Shown here piece after piece: positions 49,720 to 60,696 of a DNA stretch of 64,000 nt. Position 1 is the first letter of the stretch; every line of letters starts with the position of its first letter. The notes under the pieces were generated by a model that saw nothing but the letters and a program-made list of their open reading frames with translations, did not search any database and was not told the DNA's origin. The position numbers were made by a program, and so were the translations under genes. Source of the DNA: Squalus acanthias (lineage: Eukaryota); assembly GCA_030390025.1 (NCBI GenBank), contig CM059433.1, positions 133,982,001-134,046,000 on the forward strand, in the 5' to 3' direction.

Positions 49720-52700
49720 ACTGGCAGAAAGGTATTAATATGGGAAATGATAAACAGACCGTGACAGGAAGGGATAGAGAGTACAAATCTAAGAGTAAAT
49801 CAACAGATAAGGCTAGAGGTTACAAAAATAATAAAAGGACAAATCCAAAGGCTCTGCATCTGAATGCACATAGCATTCAAAACAAAACAGATGAACTGAT
49901 AGCGCAAATAGAAATAAATAAATATGATCTGATAGCCATCACAGAAACATGGCTGCAGGATGACATAGATTGGGACCTGAATATTGAAGGGTACATGGCA
50001 TTTAGGAAGGTGGGAAAAGGTGGAGGGGTGGCTCTGTTAATTAATGATGGTATTAGCACAATAGAGAGGGATGACCTAAGTTCAGGAAACCAGGATGTAG
50101 AAGCGGTTTGGGTAGAGATGAGAAATAATAAAGGCAAGAAGTCACTTGTGGGAGTGGTGTACAGGCCCCCTAACAGTAACCACATGGTAGGATGGAGTAT
50201 AAAGGAAGAAATAATGGGAGCTTGTCAGAAGGGTACAGCAATAATCATGGGGGATTTTAATCTGCATATAGACTGGAAAAATCAGATGGGCAAAGGTAGC
50301 ATAGATGAGGAGTTCATGGAATGTTTTCGGGATAGTTTCTTACAACAGCACGTTCTGGAGCCAACCAGAGAGCAGGCTATACTAGACCTGGTATCACGCA
50401 ACGAGATAGGATTAATTAATGACCTCATAGTGAAGGCGCCCCTAGGTAGCAGCGATCATAATATGATTGAATTTTACATTCAGTTTGAGAGAGAAGAGTG
50501 GGTCCAAGACTAGTATTTTAAACTTAAATAAGGGCAATTATGAGGGCATGAAAGCAGAGCTAGCTAAAGTGAACTGGCAAATTAGGTTAAGGGATAGGTC
50601 AATAGAGTTGCAGTGGCAGACATTTAAGGGGATATTTCAAAATACACAGTATACATTCCAACAAGAAAGAAAAATTCCAAGGGGAGGACCCACCATCCGT
50701 GGCTAACTAAAAAAGTTAAAGATAGTATTAAACTTAAAGAAAAAGCATATAATTGCGCAAAGATGGGTGGCAGGTCAGAAGATTGGACAGAATATAAAAA
50801 ACAGCAAAGAATGACAAAGATTAATAAGGAGAGAAAAATTAGAGTACAAGAGAAAGCTAGCTAGAAATATAAAAAGATAGTAAGAGTTTCTATAGATATT
50901 TAAAAAAGAAAAGAGTTAACAAAGTGAGCGTTGGTCCTATAAAAAGTGAGTCTGGGAATTAATAATGGAAAATAAGGAGATGGCAGTTGAATTGAACAGG
51001 TATTTTGCATCAGTCTTCACTATAGAGGATACAAGTAAGTAACATCCCAGAAATAGCTGTAAATCAGGAAATGGAAGGGAGGGAGGAACTCAAGAAAATT
51101 AGAATCACCAGGGAAGTGGTACTGAGTAAATTGTTGGAGCTGCAGGCTGACAAGTCCCTGGGTCCTGATGGACTTCATCCTAGGGTTTTAAAAGAAGTGG
51201 CCAGTGAGACAGTTGATGCGTTGGTTTTAATTTTCCAAAATTCCCTAGATTCGGGGAAGGTTCCATTAGATTGGAAAATAGCGAATGTAACTCCTTTATT
51301 CAAAAAGGGAGGGCAACAGAAAGCAGGAAACTACAAGCCAGTTAGCTTAACATCTGTCATAGGGAAGATGTTAGAAGCTATTATTAAAGACATTATAGCA
51401 GGGCATTTAGAAAAGTTCAAAGTAATCAGGCAGAGTCAACATGGTTTTGTGCAAGGGAAATCATGTTTAACCAATTTATTGGAGTTCTTTGAGGAAGTAA
51501 CATGTGCTGTGGATAAAGGGGAACCGGTGGATGTACTGTACTTAGATTTCCAGAAGGCATTTGATAAGGTGCCACATCAAAGGTTATTGCGGAAAATAAA
51601 AGCTCATGGCGTAGGGGGTAACATATTGGCATGGATAGAAGATTGGCTAGCTAACAGGAAACAGAGAGTAGGCATAAATGGGTCATTTTCTGATTGGCAA
51701 GATGTAACGAGTGGTGTGCCACAGGGATCAGTGCTGGGGCCTCAACTTTTTACAATTTATATAAATGACTTGGATGAAGGGACCGAAGGTATGGTTGCTA
51801 AATTTGCTGATGGCACAAAGATAGGTAGGAAAGTAAATTGTGAAGAGGACATAAGGAGGCTACAAAGGGATATAGATAAGTTAAGTGAGTGGGCAAAGAT
51901 CTGGCAAATGGAGTGTAATGTGGGAAAATGTGAAGTTGTCCATTTTGGCAGGAAGAATAAAAAAGAAGCATATTATCTAAATGGTGAGAGATTGCAGAGC
52001 TCTGAGATGCAGAGGGATCTGGATGTCCTAGTGCATGAATCACAAAAGGTTAGTATGCAGGTACAGCAAGTAATTAGGAAAGCTAATAGAATGTTATCGT
52101 TTATTGAGAGGGGAATTGAATACAAAAGTAGGGAGGTTATGCTTCAGTTATACAGGGCATTGGTGAGACCACATCTGGAGTACTGTGTACAGTATTGGTC
52201 TCCTTATTTAAGGAAGGATGTAAATGCGTTGAAGCAGTTCAGAGAAGGTTTACTAGACTAATACCTGGAATGGGCGGGTTGTCTCATGAGGAAAGGTTGG
52301 ACAGGCTAGGCTTGTATCCGCTGGAGTTTAGAAGAATAAGAGGTGACTTGATTGAAACATATAAGATCCTGAGGGGTCTGGACAGGGTGGATCTGGAGAG
52401 GATGTTTCCCCTTGTGGGAGAATCTAGAACTAGGGGTCACTGTTTAAAAATAAGGGGTCGCCCATTTAAGACAGAGATGAGGAGAAATTTTTTCTCAGAG
52501 GGTCGTGAGTCTTTGGAACTCTCTTCCTCAGAGGGTGGTGGAAGCAGAGTCTTTGAATATTTTTAAGGCAGAGGTAGATAGATTCTTGGTAAGCAAGGGG
52601 GTGAAAAGTTATCGGGGGTAGGCGGGAATGTGGAGTAATCAGATCAGCCATGATCTTATTGAATGGCGGCGCAGGCTCAAAGGGCCAAGTGGCCTACTCC

Positions 52701-52727
52701 TGCCCCTAATTCGTATGTTCGTATGTA
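49720..52727 (+). mobile_element. CR1 with nearly complete ORF2 and 3' tail, 5'-truncated
   Basis: Endonuclease in ORF 49644-50513, 396-aa RT ORF 51071-52261 with the catalytic motif mutated to FADG, C-terminus and tail ...attcgtatgttcgtatgt. Confidence 0.95.
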
Positions 52728-52784
52728 CTACTATCATACCCAAGTGGCCATTGTTAAAGTGCAAATGAAACAATGAGTATACTG

Positions 52785-53432
52785 GAAGAGCTGCTCTGCT
52801 CTTCTTCAAATAGCACTATGGGATCTTTTATGTCCCTCTGAACAGGCAGATGGGGCTTCAGTTTAATGTTTCATCAAAAAGGTGACACCTCTGACAATGC
52901 AGCATTTCTTTGCCACTGCAGAGTTTCAGCCTAAATTATGGGCTCAAGCCCAGGAGAGGCACTTGGTTCATTACCTTCTCAACTTGGACAAGAGTGTTAT
53001 CACCGAGCTCAAAATGAACGCACAAAACATGTGCTCATAATGGTTCAGTTGGTAACTGCGTGACTTCCACTGAGCCACACAGAAGGAGGTCTCTGTTTCA
53101 TCAGCTCCTCTATTGGAAACTGTGTTTAGATGTGATATGAGAATAAATTTGGATTTGTCTCTGATACCTTATCTTTCTCTTCCTCAATCCCCACCCAACC
53201 CTCAACCCCAGACGGTTGAACAGCATCTTGGCCAACATTTGTTCCTCAAACAACACCGCCAAAAACAAATTACTTTGTCATTTAGCTCATGGCTGTTTGT
53301 GGGACCTCAAATTGTCTGCCACATTTGCCTACTTTACAACAATGACTACAGTTCAAAAGTGTTTCATTGACTGTGACGCACTTTGGGATGTCCTTAGGAT
53401 GTGAAAGGTGCTCTATGAATGCAATTCTTCCT
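52785..53432. mobile_element. Cluster of decayed SINE fragments (DeuSINE minus 52785-53005, DeuSINE plus 53215-53432)
   Basis: gctcttcttcaaatagcactatgggatctttta... and cttggccaacatttgttcctcaaac...gaaaggtgctctatgaatgcaa. Confidence 0.7.
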
Positions 53433-54149
53433 TCAATTTTCCTTTTTTACATTATCCCTCAATTTTGGCCTACATGGCCTGGTTTATAACACTGAGAAAT
53501 TAAGCAGTTGGCAAACAATTATTACCTTTCAATTTTCCCTCAGCTTAGCCAAGATCAGCAACAGAGAAAAGCTGGGATTGAACAACCCACTGCACTGCTC
53601 CGTTCCCAGGATTTAAATTAAGACCACAATATATTTTGTGGGATACTGCAGATCCTTTGAGTTTTCTTGGAAGTTTTACACTGGTGTACAGAGACTGGGA
53701 CAGGCACAATAATAGAGTATGAAAAGCATTAGCCACCTGAATAAGTTAAATGGTGCAGGATCCTCAAAACAGCAGAATTAGTGGTTGACATTACTTCACT
53801 GATGGTAAATTGAAGACCTTTGACCCTCCAGGGCAAAGGTTCTTGGCAGCCATGGGCTCACATCCTATAATGTAATTATAAAACATTACCTAACCAAGTG
53901 CTCAAGTGACTCAATGACAGCCACAAACAATGCTAGCATTTAAACTGTTTATTCTGAGCCACGAACCTCAGCCGCACACTGCACTGTTCCAAAATGTGCT
54001 CAGCAGCAGTGCACACTGAACAAATCAAGTGTCATCTGCTGAGTTCAAATTTCAAATGCAGTCAGTCATCCAGATTTTAAGAGGAGTCAGATATAACCAT
54101 TTTTGACGCACATGTAAACTTTTTTATTTAGACATTGGTTAAGTGCATA

Positions 54150-55105
54150 ATATGAAGCTATCATACAACATGGTATTAAGGGGAAAGTGGCGGTATGGAT
54201 ACAAAATTGGCTCAGTGACAAGAAGCAAAGGGTGGTGGTGGATGGATGGATGTTTTTCAGACTGGGAGGTGGTGCAACGGTGTTCCCCAAGGGGTCAGTT
54301 TTGGGTCCATTACTCTTTGTAAATTTTATAAATAACCTAGGCTCGGATGTAGGGAGCAGCATTATAAAGTTTGCAGATGAAAAGTAGTAGATCATGATGA
54401 GGATAGTTGTAGACTACAGGATGACAGACAGGATGGTGAAATGGGCAGAAGCATGGCAGATGGAGTTCAATGCGGAGAAGTGTGAAGTGATGCACTTTGG
54501 GAGGACTAATATGGAAAGACAGTATCATATAAATCCCACGATTTTGAAAAGTCAATTTATCATAGCCAAATCAACCTAACCCACACATTTTTGGACTGTG
54601 GGAGGAAACCGGAGCACCCGGAGGAAACCCACGCAGACACGGGGAGAATGTGCAAACTCCACACAGACAGTCACCCGAGGTCAGATTCGAACCCGGGTCT
54701 CTGGCGCTGTGAGGCACCAGTGCTAACCACTATGCCACCGTGTTGCCCTTAATTCTTAAAGATGGCAGGGCAAGCTGATAAGGTGGTTAAAAAAGTATAT
54801 GGGTTACTTGGGTTTATAAAGAGAGGAATAGAATATAAAAACAAAGATCATACTAGAACTTTATAAATCACTGGTTAGGCCTCAGCTGGAGTATTGTGGA
54901 CAATTCTGGGCACCACACTTCACAAAAGAAGTAAAGGGTACAGAGGAGGTTTACCAGGATGTAACCAGGGATGAGGGACTTCAATTATGAGGAGAGGTTG
55001 GAAAAATTAGGACTGTGCTCTTGGAACAGAGAAGGTTAAGAGGTGACCAAATAGAGGTTTTCAAGATGATGAGAGGTTTTGACAGAGTAAATAGGGAATA
55101 ATGCT
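54150..55105 (+). mobile_element. Older CR1 RT/C-terminal fragment containing an HE1 SINE
   Basis: Encodes WIQNWLSDKKQRVVV...GSVLGPLLF...KFAD and WAEAWQMEFNAEKCEVMHFG; resumes after 54750. Confidence 0.85.
54551..54748 (-). mobile_element. HE1-like V-SINE, 5' half
   Basis: tRNA head ggtggcatagtggttagcact...ggttcgaatc and V domain gagtttgcacattctccccgtgtctgcgtgggtttcctccgggtgctccggtttcctccca. Confidence 0.9.
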
Positions 55106-55761
55106 TAAGAACAGGGACTGACCAATTATAACATTTACTTAGGGCACAGAATGACCTATGACATCAACAGCAACCATGAATTATGATATAAATCGGCTTA
55201 GCAAAGCATTCAGGTCTTATTATAAACTGGCACAGGATCAGCTCGGTTCAATTTATTCTCTTAGGAGAATAAAAATTGAGTCACAAAGAAAGGAAACAGA
55301 ACAACCGAACACAGTGAATAGAGATCGCCTGTAGGCTAGATTTAATGAGCTGGCTCCTGCAAAGGAAACCGGCTTCCCTGGTGTCGCTTGATTCTGCATG
55401 TGATTTGTCATATGCAGGACATGCCGAAGGGAACATAGAACATAGTAACTAGAGATATTCTTAGGCTGCATTTACCTTGCAATGCTGCTGCCTGCAAGTT
55501 CGATCTTTGTTGGCAATACTGCAAGGTAAATAAAGCAACTTATCGCAGACAACATGGCACCCACCAATAGCATAGAGAACCACTGATCATTGCTGATTGC
55601 TGTTTTTTCGGCTATGAGCAGGCTGAGCCAGAGATGGCCTGTACTGTACTGTACTACAGAAACAAAACAAGACTATTTGGGATATTTAAACAACTACGCA
55701 TTTGCAAGTTTGAGAAAACATAGGTGTTGATCTGGTGTTCTGCAAACCACCCCAAATAAAT

Positions 55762-56187
55762 ATTTTTTTATTATTCATTCACAGGATATGGACGTCGCCA
55801 GCAAGGCCAGCATTTATTGCCCGTCCCTAATTGCCCTCAAGAAGATGGTGGTGAGCCGCCTTCTTGAATGCAACTGAATGGCTTGCTAGGCCATTTCAGA
55901 GGGCAGTTAAAAGTCAGCCACATTGCTGTGGGTCTGGAGTCACATATAGGCCAGACCGGGTAAGGACAGATTTCCTTCCCTAAAGGACATTAGTGAACCA
56001 GATGGGTTTTTGCAACAATCCAGTAGTTTCATGGTCACCATTACTGATACTAGCTTTATATTCCAGATTTATTTAATTGAATTTAAATTCCCCAGCTGCC
56101 ATGGGATGTGAACTCATATCTCTGAATCATTAGTCCAGGCCTCTGGATTACTAGTCCATTAATATAACCACTATGCTACCCAACCCC
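55762..56187 (-). mobile_element. tRNA-headed short element (head plus LINE tail of about 100 nt)
   Basis: A box TAGCATAGTGG; same body as 63560-63871; joins the LINE tail at cagttgc|attcaagaaggcggctc. Confidence 0.88.
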
Positions 56188-56579
56188 TTCACATATAAGG
56201 TGGTTTAGAACACTGAAACATCGTAACTTGACACAATGAATTATTTTCTCAGAGCACAGTGATTATTAGGTCGGGAAAGGGGGAAGCACCGGCATACAAA
56301 ACAAAAAGAACTTCAATTTGATATGGTTTTGGACAACAAAGAGGCAACATTAAATATTCAATTCAACAGCATTCTCTTTCTTCCTGCACACCAATATCTA
56401 TTTTAATTCCAGTTGCTTTTACGGTTTGCTAATGCAGAAGCTGTTCTGGAAAAGTTAATTTCATTATTTTATGCTGCTGTTAAAATGTCTGAAATTGTGT
56501 GCTAATTATTCACAACATATTCATGAAATCTGCATTTTAAGCAAAATAAATACACAAAGTTCAATATTAATACGTTTTC

Positions 56580-56690
56580 CTTTTTTCCCAGTTCTAACAA
56601 AAGGTATCTTCCCAAGATATTAACCCGCCTTCCCTCTTTACAGATGCTGCTGGACCTGCTATATATTTTGAGCATTTTCTGTTTCTATTA
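56580..56690 (+). mobile_element. Decayed Penelope pseudo-LTR
   Basis: ccagttctaacaaaagg...cagatgctgctggacctgct...agcattttctgttt resembles the ends of 4182-4969; the hammerhead core is eroded. Confidence 0.6.
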
Positions 56691-58224
56691 TGCATTAAGG
56701 CTATCCAAGTGCAATTTATTCAAACATAAAGCCTCTTACATTAACATACTTTACAATTTCATACAAGCAGCTGGAGACTATATTCCTTTGGCTCGTGGTG
56801 GGGGGGTGCGGAGGAGCAGTGAAGGGGAGATGGAGGAGCAGGTACACAGGGTCCCTTTGGGGAATGGCGGCTCCAAAAAGACACCTGCTGATGAATGTTC
56901 GCAACCAAGTCACTCCTCCAGGGTAGACTTTGTAATCAGATATCTGAACCAGGCAGGTCTGAAGCACTCAGTGCACTGCTAATGATTGACCAGCCAGTCT
57001 GGCTCACTGATGGGCTAAATCTTATCACTGGGGACTGGTACTGTTCCCACTTGGTAGGGTGGTCTTAGCTGGAGAAGCAGCACAAAGCTGATCTGTTACC
57101 AGCTCTGGTAAATTGCACGGCTTTACCTGGCTAAATTCTAGTGGTATCTCTGTGCCAGCTTTTTGCTCTGCCAACCTCCACCTAAGCCCTGGGGACTTGA
57201 GTAAGTAGTCTGCATGCTAACAGGGAGTGTGTGCACTCCATATTGGTAAACAGAAACCCTACAAGTGAGTGGCTTTCTTAGTAGCTGGAATAGGAGACTC
57301 AAACATCATGATGAGTTTTATGCATGCATCAGACATTCCACTGTCTGAAAATGTAACAAAAACAATTAGAATACAGCTCAACATTTCTTCCCAATCATCC
57401 TGAAGCTTCCCTACAACACCAATAGCCACGCTTCCTCCTATTACCAGCATCTTCTGGAGGATGAAAGAGGTTTCAGCAACTTTTCCTCCAACCACACTGC
57501 AATGTTCCAGTACTCCAACGTACAGCCAAGCACTAGTGACATGCAACCATTAAAATAATCTAGCTCCAATAATAAAACAAATCAAGAAAATGATTCGCAC
57601 GAGTCTTGTGAAAGGAAGTCCAGTACTGTTCTCGCCCAACAACCAGAAAGGTAAGGAACTGGAAAATACTGTATTTGGTGGAATAGGTGCACCATGTGCC
57701 CTGTGCAGTGCCAAAATATTTACAAAGGAATAAGGAAAGTGCAGCTAGATAACATGATCCTTTTTAGCTCAACTAGAACGCTCGCACTGTTTCACACAAA
57801 CCTCCAGTGAAATCTCTGTAAATCTAGAATAAATATTTCGTTTTCTGTAAAGTTTGATTATATCAACACTTAAAATGAACCATCCACCCCTTTGGGAAAG
57901 CACCTGCTCTCCACATGTGCCTTTCCACAGATAATGCTGCAAGCCAACTGAACATTTGCTCCATTGTTCTGACGTAACTCCCACCATTTGGCTCTTGAAG
58001 TTTCGACTGTACAGTTAATTTCTTCCATTAGATATCCCCTGCTCATCACCTCCCTCGTACATGACTTGAGCTGAGTCCCTCAATGTTTTTCAGGGCAAAA
58101 TGGAGGATTAAAAGCACCTAGTTTCAGGTCTGCAGTTCCCTTTGTTAGCACGGCTGGGGCAAGCAGTTCAATGATGCGAGGGAAATAGGCAACACACCAA
58201 TACACAAAGATTGTGTCCTATCAA

Positions 58225-58460
58225 TGTGTCCAAAAATGTGCGGGTTAGGTTGATTTGGCTATGATAAATTGACCCTTAGTGTTAGGGGGGGATTAAATAC
58301 GTGGGGTTACGGGGGTAGGGTGGGATATGTGTACTGTGGGGATTAAAGCAGGGACAGGGTACTGGACTTGGATGATCAGCCATGATCGTATTGAATGGTG
58401 GAGCAGGCTCGACGGGCCGAATGGCCTACTCCTGCTCCTAGATTCTATGTTTCTATGTTT
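58225..58460 (+). mobile_element. Chimeric retroposon: HE1 SINE 3' half fused to a CR1 3' tail
   Basis: 58228-58343 matches the HE1 copy at 60923-61230, 58344-58460 matches the CR1 end at 35506-35620, and both sides are flanked by tatcaa. Confidence 0.8.
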
Positions 58461-58601
58461 TATCAACTCTGCTACAATGGAACACAGCTAGGCATTTCAA
58501 ACAATTTTACAGCTACTCCTTCCTTGGTGACCTCTACATTTTAATACATCAATTGATTTACTAAAAATACTGCATCTGCACATGTAGGTATCGCACTGCA
58601 G

Positions 58602-59135
58602 ACATTACATTTTGTTACAGATGCAACAATAAAAATCTTAAAATACTGTGTGCTTCTCAGCTGAAGCCTGAAACTGGCAAACATATTTCAATTTGCAAAG
58701 TTCTCTAACCAAACAATTGAACTCTGATTGGCCTGGGGCTCTGTTTACTTAACTATCAGACTTTATAGCCTAAGAGACACAACTTCACATTGCAAGCAGA
58801 ATAACTCATCGTGCTTTACAAAGTATAACAATCCTGGCCTTATAAACAGTGAATCATTCCACATACCTTGAGTAACTGAGTAATAATACATTAAAACAGT
58901 ACATCACACTTTGTTACAGATGCAAAACCTTAAAATCAGGTGCTGCTGAGCTGAGAATTGAAATTGATCAGCATATATCAATCTGAAAATCTGTCTGACC
59001 AAAACAGTTACATTTTGGAGTGAGCTCAGTTTACCTATAGACTCTGGCCATAAAGGCAGAGGCAAACTTCAGAACTTTGCAGCAGCATAATATATTGTGC
59101 ATTATACGCTAGAATACTCCTGTCACAGTAAAGCA
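58602..59135. repeat. Old local tandem duplication, period about 299 bp
   Basis: acattacattttgttacagatgcaa (58602) versus acatcacactttgttacagatgcaa (58901), with collinear similarity continuing for about 230 bp. Confidence 0.75.
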
Positions 59136-59249
59136 ACCTTTCGACTGATCTATCAAGAGAATGCCACATGATCCGCTTAATCTATACAATCAGCACAGTG
59201 ATAAGCACTGGATGGTTTGGATGAAGTGTACCCATTATTATGGTTAACT

Positions 59250-60020
59250 ATAAAGAAAGAATTTGCATTTATATAGTACCTTTCATGTCCTCAGGACATC
59301 CCAAAGTACTCGAGTCAATGAATTACAGGAAACTCTATTTTAACCGGCACCCAAATAACCGGAAATCTCTCTTAACCGGCAAAATTCTTGAGTAGGTAAC
59401 CGGGGTTTTCCTTCATCTCTCCTTTAAAAATAACTTAAAAAAAAACCCCGAGGCGTTTGCCTTGTATCGGAGCGTGTAGATTGGGAGGGGAATGTGCAGC
59501 CCGGGTAGGCAGCGGACACGACAGATGGTCAGCTGGCGGTCCCCGGGGAGACGGAGCTCCGAATGCAGGCACATGTCAGTGTGTACGGGGCTCTCGTACG
59601 TTGGGAGATATAACTCTCCATTATCCGGACTTTTTGATTAACCGGCACCACGCCGGTCCCGGTTAATAAAGAGTTTCCTGTACTTTGAAATCACTGTTGT
59701 TTTGTAGACAGATACTGCAGCCATTTTGCACACAGCAAGTTTCCACAAATAGCAATGAAAAGAATGGTCAGTTAACTAATTTGGTGGTGCTAAGGGATGA
59801 ATGTTGGCCATGACACTGGGAGAATTGCATGCTTTTCTTTGAAAATGTGCCATGTGTCCTTTAACATCCACTTGATACAGACTCTGTTTCATCTCTCATC
59901 CAAAACACAGCACCACAACAATGTAGCACCCTCAGAATTGCATTGAACCACTGTCCTAGAGTGCAGTTTGAACCCAAAACGTTCTGACTCAGATGAGATT
60001 GCCATCACTGAGGCAAGATG
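59250..60020 (-). mobile_element. Diverged DeuSINE interrupted by a MITE
   Basis: Tail aaagaatttgcatttatatag...caatgaatta, resuming ctttgaaatcactgttg and running to the head ctgactcagatgagattgccatcactgaggc. Confidence 0.8.
59326..59680. mobile_element. Tc1/mariner-pogo (Tigger-type) MITE
   Basis: 22-bp TIR caggaaactctattttaaccgg / ccggttaataaagagtttcctg (20/22 match), TA TSD on both sides, repeated subterminal taaccgg motifs. Confidence 0.88.
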
Positions 60021-60149
60021 ACTTTCTCTTCCTTCTTACCTATAGATTAGGTAACAACCCACTTTATTCTCTGCATGCAATGATATACAGTATGTGCACC
60101 AATAATTTGCATGGTATTTTTAAATGGCATCCCCCATACTTGCCATTTT

Positions 60150-60328
60150 ATATTTATTAGTTTATGGGATGTGGGCGTCACTGACAAGGCCAGCATTTAT
60201 TGCCCATCCCTAATTGCCCTTGAGAAGGTGATGGTGAGCCGCCTTCTTGAACCGCTGCAGTCCGTGTGGTGAAGGTACTCCCACAGTGCTGTTAGGGAGG
60301 GAGTTCCAGGATTTATACCCAGCGACGA
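60150..60328 (-). mobile_element. 3' fragment of the tRNA-headed LINE family
   Basis: Near-identical to 60700-60880. Confidence 0.88.
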
Positions 60329-60696
60329 TATGCAGCATATTTTAAATTATTCAAGTGTTCTTGAAACAAAGGATTGCTTCAGATAGACAAAAAATCAGGT
60401 AACTATAAGTGCACTCCTTTTCGCAGGTTTATATTAGCAGATTCTCTTGGGGACGTAGTTCACTCCACCCTCCAGCATGAATGGGGTGGGTGCTCCCAGG
60501 TGTACCACTGTGTCTTTGCATAGCTCAAGAAGGGATTTCAAAGGAATTCACTGTAAAATACAAAGGGCATCTATCCCAACTTCACATCACTACCAGACAC
60601 AGGCCGGGAGGGGGGGAGAGGGGAGGGGGGGAGGGTCGGTGTCACGGAAACCTTAAAAAAAAACAGCTACCACTTTATGCGTGGCAAAGATTCACC

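Noticed and set aside
51071-52261. 396-aa RT ORF as an active or domesticated gene
   Set aside because: The catalytic FADD is mutated to FADG and frameshifts flank it, so it is an ordinary dead CR1.
57259-57546. Minus-strand ORF with a strong-looking acceptor at about 57346
   Set aside because: All frames after the acceptor close quickly and the peptide is unrecognisable.
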